A stretch of DNA of 64,000 nucleotides, taken from the NCBI GenBank assembly GCA_964448105.1, contig CAYUVK010000006.1, forward strand, positions 8,443 to 72,442, read 5' to 3'. Origin of the DNA: an uncultured Ignavibacteriaceae bacterium (GTDB taxonomy: Bacteria; Bacteroidota; Ignavibacteria; Ignavibacteriales; Ignavibacteriaceae). Under the pieces are notes generated by a model. The model was not told the origin of the DNA. It saw nothing but the letters and a program-made list of their open reading frames with translations, and did not search any database. Positions 25,159 to 34,023 of the stretch are shown piece after piece. Position numbers and translations under genes: made by a program. The number at the start of each line of letters is the position of its first letter. Position 1 is the stretch's first letter.

Positions 25159-28143
25159 TCATAGAGAATTAAGATTTAAACTTTTTATCAGTTCATTTGC
25201 AACATTCGAACTTTCAAGCCTCATTATACTTTCTTCAGAATTCCCAAAACTCAGAAGATTTATGCTTCCATACCAGGCAATCCGTCGATCAATTATTGCA
25301 AATTTCTGATGTATGTTTGATTTCAATAATAAATTGATACCCTCATTTTTCAAACCATCCAAAGTATGGTACACAATTAATCTATTCCCTTCCCTATAAT
25401 CTTCATAAGGCTTTGTCATAATATTTATTTTAACATTTTTGATTATGGCTTTATTAAAATATTGATACATTTGTTCAACACGTCTTCTTGTAATAAACGG
25501 ACTAATTATAAAGATTTCCCTTTGAGCATTTATTAAATCGTTGTTATAAACCGGTAAAAAGCTATTTTTATCAAAAATAAAATTAGCAGTTTCAACTGTC
25601 CCGTCTGGCAGGACTTCACCTTTTATTTTATATCCAAGCGAAGCGTAACCATTAAGCCTCTTGTTGTACATTTTCTCAAGCATCCTTATATGAATATCTA
25701 TGTAATCATAAACTTGAACTTCTTTTTTATTTTCATGCAGCCTGTGAAGCCTTCCAATATATTGCTGTAAAGTACCTTTCCATGATATTGGTAATGTCAG
25801 AAACAGAGTATCAAGCCTTGGTTCGTCAAATCCTTCTCCGATATATTTGCCGGTTGCAACCAAAGTTAATTGCTTATTCAAAGAAACATCGGATATTCTT
25901 TTTAGAGTTTCTTTGGTTTTCTTTGCTCCGATTTTACCAGTTAAGGTTATTACATCCGGAATTTTTTCGTTTAACTTTTTCACAAGCATTTCCACATGGT
26001 CGGTTCTTTCAGTTAATACCAGAGAATTTCTACCGCTTTCGTAATTTTTAATAATATCACTAACTATAAGTTGATTTCTCATTTCATCAACTGTTAATTC
26101 TGAATAAATTTCTTGAATTGTAAATTGTTTTGCTCCTGATTGGACTTCTTTATCAATTGGAATATTAAAACCTGTAAATTTTGGGATAACATAATGTTCA
26201 AATGGTCTTTTTTCTGCTTGTATCTTTGCGTCGACTTTGAATCTTACCTGTCCGCAATGCATAAAAATAATTGGATGATGTCCATCTGATCTTGTAGGTG
26301 TTGCTGTTAATCCGTAAACATATTTTGCATCAGCATTTTTAAGGACTTGTTCAAAACTGAAGGCAGGAATATGATGACATTCATCTACAATTATCATCCC
26401 ATAATTATTGATGCCATCTAAAATACTTTTTCCTTTGTTTAAAGATTGCATGATTGCAACATCAATGATACCAGTTAAATTCTCTTTGCCTCCTCCAATT
26501 TGTCCTATTAGCGATTGTCGATTTTGTCTATTTCGTTTTTTCTTAATTTCAGGTAATTCTTCTTCTATATTTAAAAACTCAGATAATCTTGATATCCATT
26601 GTGAAAGTAATTGTTTTCTATGAACTATTACAAGTGTATTTATTTTTCTTTCAGAAATTAATTTAGCTGCAATTACAGTTTTACCAAATGCTGTGGCAGC
26701 GGCTAATACGCCATTTTCATATTTTAATAATTTATTTACTGCAGATAACTGTTCATCTCTTAATACTCCTTTAAACACAACATTTATATTTCTACCATGA
26801 TTGGTTTTATCAACTTCTTTAATCTCAATATTAAATTTATCTAATATAATGTAAATATCTTCTTCACACCCTCTCGGCAAACAAAGAAATTCTTCCGTTT
26901 CATCAGAACATGATATAATTCTTGGCTTATTATATGTTGGCATTCGCATTGCCTGGGCTTTATAAAATTCAGGATTCTTAAATGCAGCTAACCGTTTTAA
27001 AACATTCAATGCCTTTTGAGAAATACCTTCTTTGAAAATATATATCATATTTGCTTTTATAAGCTCTATATTTTGGGGAAAGTCATCCCTAGTTAGCTGT
27101 GGCGTTTTGATTCTCTCCCATGGTTTTTGATTTTCTTCGGTATCTTTTCTTAATACTCCTAATTCATTCCCGTTTGCTGCAGAAAGTCTTACAATGATAG
27201 ATTCAACTTTGTCTTCTGACAACTTCTTTATGTAACTCAAAAATTCCCATTGATCAGTATAAGGTTCATATTGTTCATTAATAAAAACACTATTGTCTTT
27301 CTTTCTTGATTCTTTCTGCAAAGGAAGTGCAATCAAATTCCCGAAACCTCCTTTTGGCATTAAATCTTGATTGGGAAAAAATCTATCATAAGATTTGAAT
27401 TTGATTTCGTGCCTTCTATTCATTGAATAGGTTAATAAAGATGTTCCGAATTTCCTTGCTAATGAAGCAGGTATACTCTTCTCAAAGAAGAACCAAACGT
27501 GAGCACCATTTCCCGAACGGGAACGTTCTACTGCAAAAGGGAGATCAAAATCTATACATATATTTCTTAATACAAAAATATCTTTTTTCCATTCTTCATT
27601 ATCAAAATCGATTGCTAAAAAGTAGCAAGTTTCATCAATACACATAGGGTATATTCCTGCAACAACATTTCCTTTAAGATGCTCTTCAATTACTTTTTCA
27701 GTTAAAGGTTCAAAAGCTTTATTATTGCACTCGAAGCATTTTATTTTCGGCTTGTTGCATATTCCTGGCTTCCACTCGTTAAAACAAACAGGTGAATAAC
27801 CTGACTTACCATTTTTATTCTGCCATCTTTTAGTAAACACATCATCTCGTCCTTTAAAGAGAGACATAAAAAGTTTTATCTTTTCCCCGGGTTTACTGTA
27901 TCGATTTATTGATTTTCTAGAAAGTTCATGGGTTGGTTGAGCTGAAATATCTGGACAAATTTCTTCCTTATCATTAACAGAAATATCCGGTAATTCTAAT
28001 TCATTTAAAGTTTCCTTTGAATAATTGAGAATGTCAAGCTTTTCTTTTAGTATTTTATTTTCAGCTTTTAATTTATCATTCTCAATAAGTAGTGCCTGGT
28101 ATTTATTTAAGAGGGATAAATTTTTTACCTGATCATCAGTCAT
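25159..28143 (-). CDS. Single-polypeptide conflict-system protein: coiled coil + Zn-ribbon + archaeo-eukaryotic primase (AEP) domain + SF2 DExH helicase + PLD(HKD) nuclease
   Basis: Cys cluster CFNEWKPGICNKPKIKCFEC. AEP motifs LAIDFDNE (DxD) and SRSGNGAHVWFFF. Helicase motif I AATAFGKTV and motif II VDECHH. C-terminal HKD motif HQKFAIIDRRIAWYGSINL. Confidence 0.85.
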   Translation of the reverse strand: MTDDQVKNLSLLNKYQALLIENDKLKAENKILKEKLDILNYSKETLNELELPDISVNDKEEICPDISAQPTHELSRKSINRYSKPGEKIKLFMSLFKGRDDVFTKRWQNKNGKSGYSPVCFNEWKPGICNKPKIKCFECNNKAFEPLTEKVIEEHLKGNVVAGIYPMCIDETCYFLAIDFDNEEWKKDIFVLRNICIDFDLPFAVERSRSGNGAHVWFFFEKSIPASLARKFGTSLLTYSMNRRHEIKFKSYDRFFPNQDLMPKGGFGNLIALPLQKESRKKDNSVFINEQYEPYTDQWEFLSYIKKLSEDKVESIIVRLSAANGNELGVLRKDTEENQKPWERIKTPQLTRDDFPQNIELIKANMIYIFKEGISQKALNVLKRLAAFKNPEFYKAQAMRMPTYNKPRIISCSDETEEFLCLPRGCEEDIYIILDKFNIEIKEVDKTNHGRNINVVFKGVLRDEQLSAVNKLLKYENGVLAAATAFGKTVIAAKLISERKINTLVIVHRKQLLSQWISRLSEFLNIEEELPEIKKKRNRQNRQSLIGQIGGGKENLTGIIDVAIMQSLNKGKSILDGINNYGMIIVDECHHIPAFSFEQVLKNADAKYVYGLTATPTRSDGHHPIIFMHCGQVRFKVDAKIQAEKRPFEHYVIPKFTGFNIPIDKEVQSGAKQFTIQEIYSELTVDEMRNQLIVSDIIKNYESGRNSLVLTERTDHVEMLVKKLNEKIPDVITLTGKIGAKKTKETLKRISDVSLNKQLTLVATGKYIGEGFDEPRLDTLFLTLPISWKGTLQQYIGRLHRLHENKKEVQVYDYIDIHIRMLEKMYNKRLNGYASLGYKIKGEVLPDGTVETANFIFDKNSFLPVYNNDLINAQREIFIISPFITRRRVEQMYQYFNKAIIKNVKINIMTKPYEDYREGNRLIVYHTLDGLKNEGINLLLKSNIHQKFAIIDRRIAWYGSINLLSFGNSEESIMRLESSNVANELIKSLNLNSL

Positions 28144-28222
28144 TTCATTTTACTCATCCGTTAAACTTCATTGTAAGATTTATTAAATTTTAGAAATTCA
28201 TTCCGAAAAGCTTTTGATAATC

Positions 28223-28585
28223 CTATTCATTAGAAGTTGAACTAGTATAAATGGATTTGATATTTTTTAATTGATCAATCAGTTTGTCTAAATCATCTTC
28301 AATTATAGCCCAGACTATTTTATAATCAATACCAAAATAATCATGAATAATGCGATTTCTAAATCCCCTAATTCTTTCCCATTCAACATTAGGATTATTT
28401 TGCCTGAATTTAGGATCAATTCTATTAGCGGCTTCTCCTATTATTTCAAAATTTCTTACAACTGCATCCATTGTTTTTTCATCTTTTTGAAACGAATCAA
28501 AATTTAATTCGCTTGTATAGCTTTTGATTTTCATAGCTGATTCAATCATATCTTCAAGCAATAAAAGTATATCTCGCTTAGACAT
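28223..28585 (-). CDS. hepT: HepT-like (DUF86) RNase toxin
   Basis: Rx4HxY motif as RNRIIHDY, 120 aa, and an 8-nt overlap with the upstream MNT gene. Confidence 0.9.
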   Translation of the reverse strand: MSKRDILLLLEDMIESAMKIKSYTSELNFDSFQKDEKTMDAVVRNFEIIGEAANRIDPKFRQNNPNVEWERIRGFRNRIIHDYFGIDYKIVWAIIEDDLDKLIDQLKNIKSIYTSSTSNE

Positions 28586-28868
28586 AAATTAGATCCGATT
28601 TAATTACTTTATAATACCTTTCCTTTATTCCATTTCTTGAAACTAAATCAACTTTAAATCCTATAAGATTTTCAATTTCTTCTGCAAGATCAATAAATTG
28701 GATTCCAATTTTGTCTTTGAACTCAACCATTATATCCAAATCGCTTCCATCCTCTTGTTCATTTCTTGCATAAGAACCAAAGATAGCGATTGATTTAATA
28801 GGATATTTAGAAAATAATTGTTTCTTATGAGTATTCAATATAAACTCTATTTCTTTAAGAGTTTTCAT
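28578..28868 (-). CDS. mntA: MntA-type nucleotidyltransferase antitoxin
   Basis: GSYARNEQEDGSDLDI (GSxxR...DxD of minimal nucleotidyltransferases), 96 aa. Confidence 0.9.
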   Translation of the reverse strand: MKTLKEIEFILNTHKKQLFSKYPIKSIAIFGSYARNEQEDGSDLDIMVEFKDKIGIQFIDLAEEIENLIGFKVDLVSRNGIKERYYKVIKSDLIYV

Positions 28869-29057
28869 AGCTTTTGATGGTTTGTTACTAAATTACTAAT
28901 ATGATTATCAGGCTAAATAGGAGTATAAACACAAAAATATTTAAATTAATTTTACTTTAATAATTTACAATTTAGAGAGTCATTTAACAAACCTATTTTC
29001 CTTATAACAGTGGGACGGAATAAATATAAAGTTAATAAAACAATTTAATCACATTAA

Positions 29058-29106
29058 TAAATAAAAAGTCATTCCCACATTACGGAAACTGTTTGCGGGA
29101 ATGATC
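29058..29106 (-). terminator. Rho-independent terminator / REP-like hairpin ending the cus-associated gene string
   Basis: On the minus strand, TCATTCCCGCA-loop-TGTGGGAATGA is followed by CTTTTTATTTATT. It lies just downstream of the stop at 29129. Confidence 0.55.
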
Positions 29107-29128
29107 TTACCATATTGAGGGATACTAT

Positions 29129-29536
29129 TTAATTTTGTCTTCTTCCCATCATCATACCTTGGTGCATCATTCCATTCCCGTTCATCATATTCTGCATCCA
29201 GCCCCACATCTGCGGATAATTATTCATCATGTTATACATGTAATTGGTTAGACTTGAATCACGATTTGCTTTTGAGAACATTCCATTCATCATCATATGA
29301 CGGGTATTCCGGTTATTCATCATCCACCCGATCATATTGTTCATTGCACTTGAATTGTCGGCCATGTGATTCATGAAATTCTGCATCATCTGCGGATTGT
29401 TGATAATTGTAGTAATTGCTTCGTCCTGGTTTTCTTTATTTTGAAGCATCTGCTTAATTGAGTTGCCTTGGGCAAAAAGTAATGAAAAACCGAATACTAC
29501 AACAACCAAAACAGGTATTAAAACTTTTAATTTCAT
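29129..29536 (-). CDS. Exported Met/Asn-rich protein (candidate periplasmic Cu(I)/Ag(I) binder)
   Basis: Signal peptide. 26 of 135 residues are Met by hand count, in MxxM / MMxxM patterns with His (e.g. HMMMNGM, GMMHQGMMMG). Confidence 0.7.
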   Translation of the reverse strand: MKLKVLIPVLVVVVFGFSLLFAQGNSIKQMLQNKENQDEAITTIINNPQMMQNFMNHMADNSSAMNNMIGWMMNNRNTRHMMMNGMFSKANRDSSLTNYMYNMMNNYPQMWGWMQNMMNGNGMMHQGMMMGRRQN

Positions 29537-29696
29537 TTTATCATTCTCCTTTCAATTAGGATCTTATTGACTTAATTCTTACGTAACAAATTTATACTTC
29601 CTGATAACATATTGCGTTATATAATTCTAATTTTCTTTTATATATTTTTAATGATCATTCTTAACTATACTATGCCTTAAAGGGTTTAATGCCTAT

Positions 29697-29795
29697 TTAT
29701 TTACAGCAATCTTTTCCTTCACTTGTTTTCATAAATTTTTTATAACCGGCAATAACTACCAAGCCAATAAAAACAAAACCTACAACTAGTTCCAT
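29697..29795 (-). CDS. Unannotated 32-aa membrane micro-protein ending in Cys-Cys-Lys
   Basis: Hand translation MELVVGFVFIGLVVIAGYKKFMKTSEGKDCCK*. A strong AAAGGAG Shine-Dalgarno lies 6 nt upstream. It is below the ORF-track length cut-off. Confidence 0.35.
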   Translation of the reverse strand: MELVVGFVFIGLVVIAGYKKFMKTSEGKDCCK

Positions 29796-29858
29796 ATTTT
29801 CTCCTTTATTAAAAATAATTTGCCGTATCTTTTAGATAATCACATATATTAAAGAGAA

Positions 29859-30260
29859 TTACTTTAAACCTTTTACTTTGAAGCCGCTTTTCAAAAGTAT
29901 TTCTTTTGCTCTTTTAAGTGATACTTCTTTCAAAGTCATTCCGCAAAGCGGGCACTTACCCGGTTTATCTGAAATTACATTATAATCCATTACATCCTGG
30001 TATACTTTCCCGTCTTTATTTTCATCAATTGCTTTTAAATCAATTACACCCTCTCTAACGATAGAGTCTTTAACATTTTTTGTTGTATCTATATTCATAA
30101 CTTTGTTAGAATCACTTTCCATATTCATTTTATGTTCCATCATTTTCATAGTTTTATGATTCATTGAGCTATCCATTTTTTCTTGTGCTAATGAAAGAAC
30201 TGCAAAGCTGAATGTAAACACAAAAACTAAAAGAAAAGTTTTGCTTATATTATTGAACAT
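29859..30260 (-). CDS. Exported Met/His-rich protein with a C-terminal heavy-metal-binding (CxxC, HMBD/YHS-like) module
   Basis: Signal peptide, then MDSSMNHKTMKMMEHKMNMESD, then IDENKDGKVYQDVMDYNVISDKPGKCPLCGMTLKEV. Confidence 0.7.
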   Translation of the reverse strand: MFNNISKTFLLVFVFTFSFAVLSLAQEKMDSSMNHKTMKMMEHKMNMESDSNKVMNIDTTKNVKDSIVREGVIDLKAIDENKDGKVYQDVMDYNVISDKPGKCPLCGMTLKEVSLKRAKEILLKSGFKVKGLK

Positions 30261-30283
30261 TTTATACCTCCTTGTATTAATTT

Positions 30284-30625
30284 TTATAAATTCTGAAAAT
30301 CATTTGTTTCTCCAGTTTTAATACGCACAGCTTTTTCAACAGGAGAAATAAAAATCCACCCATCGCCGCTTTTACCTGTATGTGCATATTTCGAAATAAC
30401 ATCAACTAATTTGTCACTTTCTTCGTTATTGCAAACCAATTCTATCTTAACCACTTTGGTATATTTTTGAACATACTCAATAGAAAAGCTAAAAGCTTCA
30501 GGATCCGCCCACTCAGCAAGTGCGTTAGCATCAAGTAGAGTCATTCCCTTTACACCTGCTTCTTCTAATTTTTCAATTACGATATCGGCTTTTTCATGCC
30601 GAATGTAAGCAATTATTTTTTTCAT
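30284..30625 (-). CDS. P-II (GlnB)-like small signalling-fold protein encoded inside the efflux operon
   Basis: MKKIIAYIRHEKADIVIEKLEEAGVKGMTLLD...TGKSGDGWIFISPVEKAVRIKTGE follows the P-II fold signature. I prefer the ATG at 30625, immediately after the cusA stop. Confidence 0.8.
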   Translation of the reverse strand: MKKIIAYIRHEKADIVIEKLEEAGVKGMTLLDANALAEWADPEAFSFSIEYVQKYTKVVKIELVCNNEESDKLVDVISKYAHTGKSGDGWIFISPVEKAVRIKTGETNDFQNL

Positions 30626-30626
30626 A

Positions 30627-33600
30627 TTAATTTCCTTCACTTTTAGCTTGATTAGCAATTTTTAATACCTGTCTTTTCTTTATTACATAAAAGATAGCCG
30701 GATAGAATGCGAGCTGAATTATCATGGCTGTGATTATACCGCCGAACATCGGGGCGGCAATTCTTTTCATTACATCGGAGCCCGATCCGTGTCCGATAAG
30801 GATTGGTAACAAACCAAGCAGCAGCACGGTTACCGTCATTATAACAGGACGTATTCTTCTGACTGCTCCCTGGAAGATTGCCTCTTTAAGTTTTTCAAGT
30901 GATGTTAACAATCCCTGCTTCCTCATATTTTCATAAGAGATTTCCAGGTAGAGCAGCATAACAACTCCCATTTCAGCACTTACACCCAGTAATGCTATTA
31001 TACCAACCCAGACAGCAACGCTAAGATGGTAGCCTGCCAGGAATAAATACCATGTTGCTCCCACCATTGAAAACGGAAGGGCAAGTATAATTATTCCTGT
31101 ATTGATGAATGATTTCGTATTAAAGTAAAGGAGCAGTAATACTATCAATAAAGTCAGCGGGAGAACTGTGGCAAGCTTTTTAGCAGCTCTTTCCATGTAT
31201 TCATACTGTCCGCTCCAAATTAATGAATAGCCATGAGGAAGCTTTACTTTCTGTGCTATTATTTTCTGTGCATTTTGAACATAAGTTCCTACATCGATAT
31301 TTTCTATATCAATGTAAACCCAGGAATTAGGCCGCGCATCTTCCGATTTAATCATCGGCGGGCCCTTCTTGACTACAATATTGCCAAGTTCTTCTAGGGG
31401 AATATTTCCGCCGCCTGATAATGGAACAAGCACACGTTTTAAAGCATCAATATTATCACGATAATCTCTTTGATAACGAAGATTTACGGGATAACGCTCC
31501 AATCCTTCGACTGTCTGTGTAATGTTCATTCCGCCTACAGCCGACATAAATACATTTTGAACATCAGCTACTGTAAGACCATATCTTGCAATAGCATTTC
31601 TATCAATATCGAAATCAACATAATTTCCGCCGGCAGATCTTTCAGCATAAACGGAACGTGTACCCGGTATTGTTCGTGTCACTTCTTCAATTTTTTTACC
31701 GATATCCTGCAATACCTTCAAATCCGGTCCGGCAATCTTAATTCCTACCGGAGTTTTAATACCGGTTGAAAGCATATCGATTCTTGTTTTGATTGGCATT
31801 GTCCATGCGTTTGTAAGTCCAGGTATTTTTACAGCTTGATCTAAATCTTCAACAAGCTTTTCCCTTGTCATTCCCTCCGGCCATTCATCTTCAGGTTTTA
31901 ATTGTATTGTTGTTTCAATCATTGATAATGGTGCAGGATCTGTAGCAGTTTCAGCGCGTCCTATTTTTCCAAATACTGATTTAACTTCCGGAAATGTTTT
32001 AATGATTTTATCAGTCTGCTGCAACAATTCTTTCGCTTTTGTAATTGAAATTCCCGGCAATGTAGTCGGCATATACAGTAAATCACCTTCGTACAACGGC
32101 GGCATAAATTCCGAACCGAGCTTCGAAAAAGGGATGTAAGAAACAATTACTATTAATATAGAAAGAATAATTACCCACCATCTTTTTTTCAAAACAAAAT
32201 CTACAATAGGATGATAGACATTCATTAAAAACCTTGTTACAGGATTGTCCTCTTCCTTTTTCATTTTACCACGTATGAAGTACCCCATTAAGACAGGAAC
32301 TATTGTAATTGCGAGTATTGCACCTGCCGCCATCGAATATGTTTTTGTAAATGCCAAAGGTTTGAACAATCTTCCTTCCTGTGCCTCGAGTGTAAATACA
32401 GGAATGAAGGAGACTGTGATTACTAAAAGTGAATAAAATATTGAAGGACCAACTTCTTTTGAAGATTCAAGAATCACAGCCCAGTGCGGTCTTCTTTTCC
32501 CTTCCGGCAAAAGCTGGTTATGCAAAATGTGCGAGTGGGAGTTTTCCACCATTATTATTGCAGCGTCAACCATTGCACCAATTGCTATTGCGATACCGCC
32601 GAGCGACATAATGTTTGCATTCAAACCCTGTAATTTCATAACAAGCAAAGCTGCCAGTACAGCAGTTGGCAAAGTAAAAATTGCAACGAGAGAGCTTCGG
32701 AAGTGAAGAAGGAAAATAATAATTATTAAAGCCACAATTAAACCTTCTTCCATTAATTTATCACCTAGATTATCAACCGCTTTATGTATCAGTTGACTTC
32801 TGTCATACACAGGAACAATCTGAACATCAGATGGAAGTGAAGACTTCAATTCCTGCAATCGTTTTTTAACTTTGTTGATAACCGCAAGCCCGTTTTCTCC
32901 ATACCTTTGAATTACAATTCCGCCTACTACTTCACCTTCACCATTAAGATCTGCAATTCCTCTTCGTAATTCGGGTCCTATATCAATATTTGCAACATCT
33001 TTTAAATAAATTGGTGTGCCAGTGCTTGGGTCTTTTCCAATAGCAATATTTTTCAAATCATCAACACTTTTTATATATCCCAAACCTCTTACCATAAACT
33101 CGGTTTCACCCATTTCCATTAACCTGCCGCCGACATCATTGTTGCTTTGTTTTATTGCCATTTTAACTTTACCGAGCGGAATATTGTAAGAAGCTAATTT
33201 TGTAGGATCAACATTCACCTGGTATTGTTTTACAAATCCACCGACACTTGCAACTTCAGATACACCCGGAATAGCTGATAGTTCATATTTTAAGAACCAA
33301 TCTTGTATTGAGCGTAATTCCTGCAAACTCCGTTTGTTAGATTTAAGTGCATATTCATAAACCCATCCTAAGCCTGTAGCATCCGGACCTAACTCAGGCG
33401 ATACTCCTTCAGGGAGTGAACTTCGCATTGAACTTAAATATTCAAGCACCCTGCTTCTTGCCCAGTACAAATCAGTTCCATCTTCAAATATTATATAAAC
33501 CATTGAAAAGCCGAAGAATGAGTATCCCCGAACGTCTTTTGCGTAAGGAACAGAAAGCATTTTAGATGTAAGCGGGTAGGTTACCTGGTCTTCAACTATT

Positions 33601-33806
33601 TGCGGGCCTTGCCCGGGATATTTTGTAAATATGATTACCTGCACATCACTTAAATCAGGTATAGCATCTACAGCAGTATTTTCAATCGCCCATATGCCTC
33701 CGAATATCAGTGCAGCAGTTAATATTATTACCAGTATTTTATTATTAATTGACCATTCAATTATTTTGGCAATTATTCCGTCTTTAGCTGGATTACCTGT
33801 TGTCAT
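30627..33806 (-). CDS. cusA: Heavy-metal efflux RND pump, CusA/CzcA family
   Basis: 1059 aa with 12-TM RND topology and two large periplasmic loops. It sits in an operon with the adaptor (MFP) and outer-membrane factor (OMF) genes. Confidence 0.93.
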   Translation of the reverse strand: MTTGNPAKDGIIAKIIEWSINNKILVIILTAALIFGGIWAIENTAVDAIPDLSDVQVIIFTKYPGQGPQIVEDQVTYPLTSKMLSVPYAKDVRGYSFFGFSMVYIIFEDGTDLYWARSRVLEYLSSMRSSLPEGVSPELGPDATGLGWVYEYALKSNKRSLQELRSIQDWFLKYELSAIPGVSEVASVGGFVKQYQVNVDPTKLASYNIPLGKVKMAIKQSNNDVGGRLMEMGETEFMVRGLGYIKSVDDLKNIAIGKDPSTGTPIYLKDVANIDIGPELRRGIADLNGEGEVVGGIVIQRYGENGLAVINKVKKRLQELKSSLPSDVQIVPVYDRSQLIHKAVDNLGDKLMEEGLIVALIIIIFLLHFRSSLVAIFTLPTAVLAALLVMKLQGLNANIMSLGGIAIAIGAMVDAAIIMVENSHSHILHNQLLPEGKRRPHWAVILESSKEVGPSIFYSLLVITVSFIPVFTLEAQEGRLFKPLAFTKTYSMAAGAILAITIVPVLMGYFIRGKMKKEEDNPVTRFLMNVYHPIVDFVLKKRWWVIILSILIVIVSYIPFSKLGSEFMPPLYEGDLLYMPTTLPGISITKAKELLQQTDKIIKTFPEVKSVFGKIGRAETATDPAPLSMIETTIQLKPEDEWPEGMTREKLVEDLDQAVKIPGLTNAWTMPIKTRIDMLSTGIKTPVGIKIAGPDLKVLQDIGKKIEEVTRTIPGTRSVYAERSAGGNYVDFDIDRNAIARYGLTVADVQNVFMSAVGGMNITQTVEGLERYPVNLRYQRDYRDNIDALKRVLVPLSGGGNIPLEELGNIVVKKGPPMIKSEDARPNSWVYIDIENIDVGTYVQNAQKIIAQKVKLPHGYSLIWSGQYEYMERAAKKLATVLPLTLLIVLLLLYFNTKSFINTGIIILALPFSMVGATWYLFLAGYHLSVAVWVGIIALLGVSAEMGVVMLLYLEISYENMRKQGLLTSLEKLKEAIFQGAVRRIRPVIMTVTVLLLGLLPILIGHGSGSDVMKRIAAPMFGGIITAMIIQLAFYPAIFYVIKKRQVLKIANQAKSEGN

Positions 33807-33867
33807 TTAATTTCTCCAAAATTTTTTTTGAGCTTGACCACTATAAGAAACTGTTAAATAAATTTCT

Positions 33868-33945
33868 GTTGTCATTTCGAGGGAGTCCTCGACTGAGAAA
33901 TCTTTTGCTTTTATTGAGATTTCTCCCCTCGGTCGAAATGACAAC
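33868..33945. repeat. 78-bp nested palindromic (REP/MITE-like) element in the cusB-cusA spacer
   Basis: Outer arms GTTGTCATTTCGA (33868-33880) / TCGAAATGACAAC (33933-33945) are perfect over 13 bp. Inner arms are GAGAAATC / GATTTCTC. Confidence 0.7.
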
Positions 33946-34023
33946 TCGCAGTATATTCCTAAACAATTACTTAAGTTATTTTTTATTTTACTCATCATAT
34001 TTAACCTTCAGATAAATCTTGTA

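Noticed and set aside
33800-34015. 71-aa (+) and 63-aa (-) ORFs in the cusB-cusA spacer.
   Set aside because: Both are translations of the 78-bp palindromic element and its flanks (…SFRGSPRLRNL…). There is no RBS and no coding signal.
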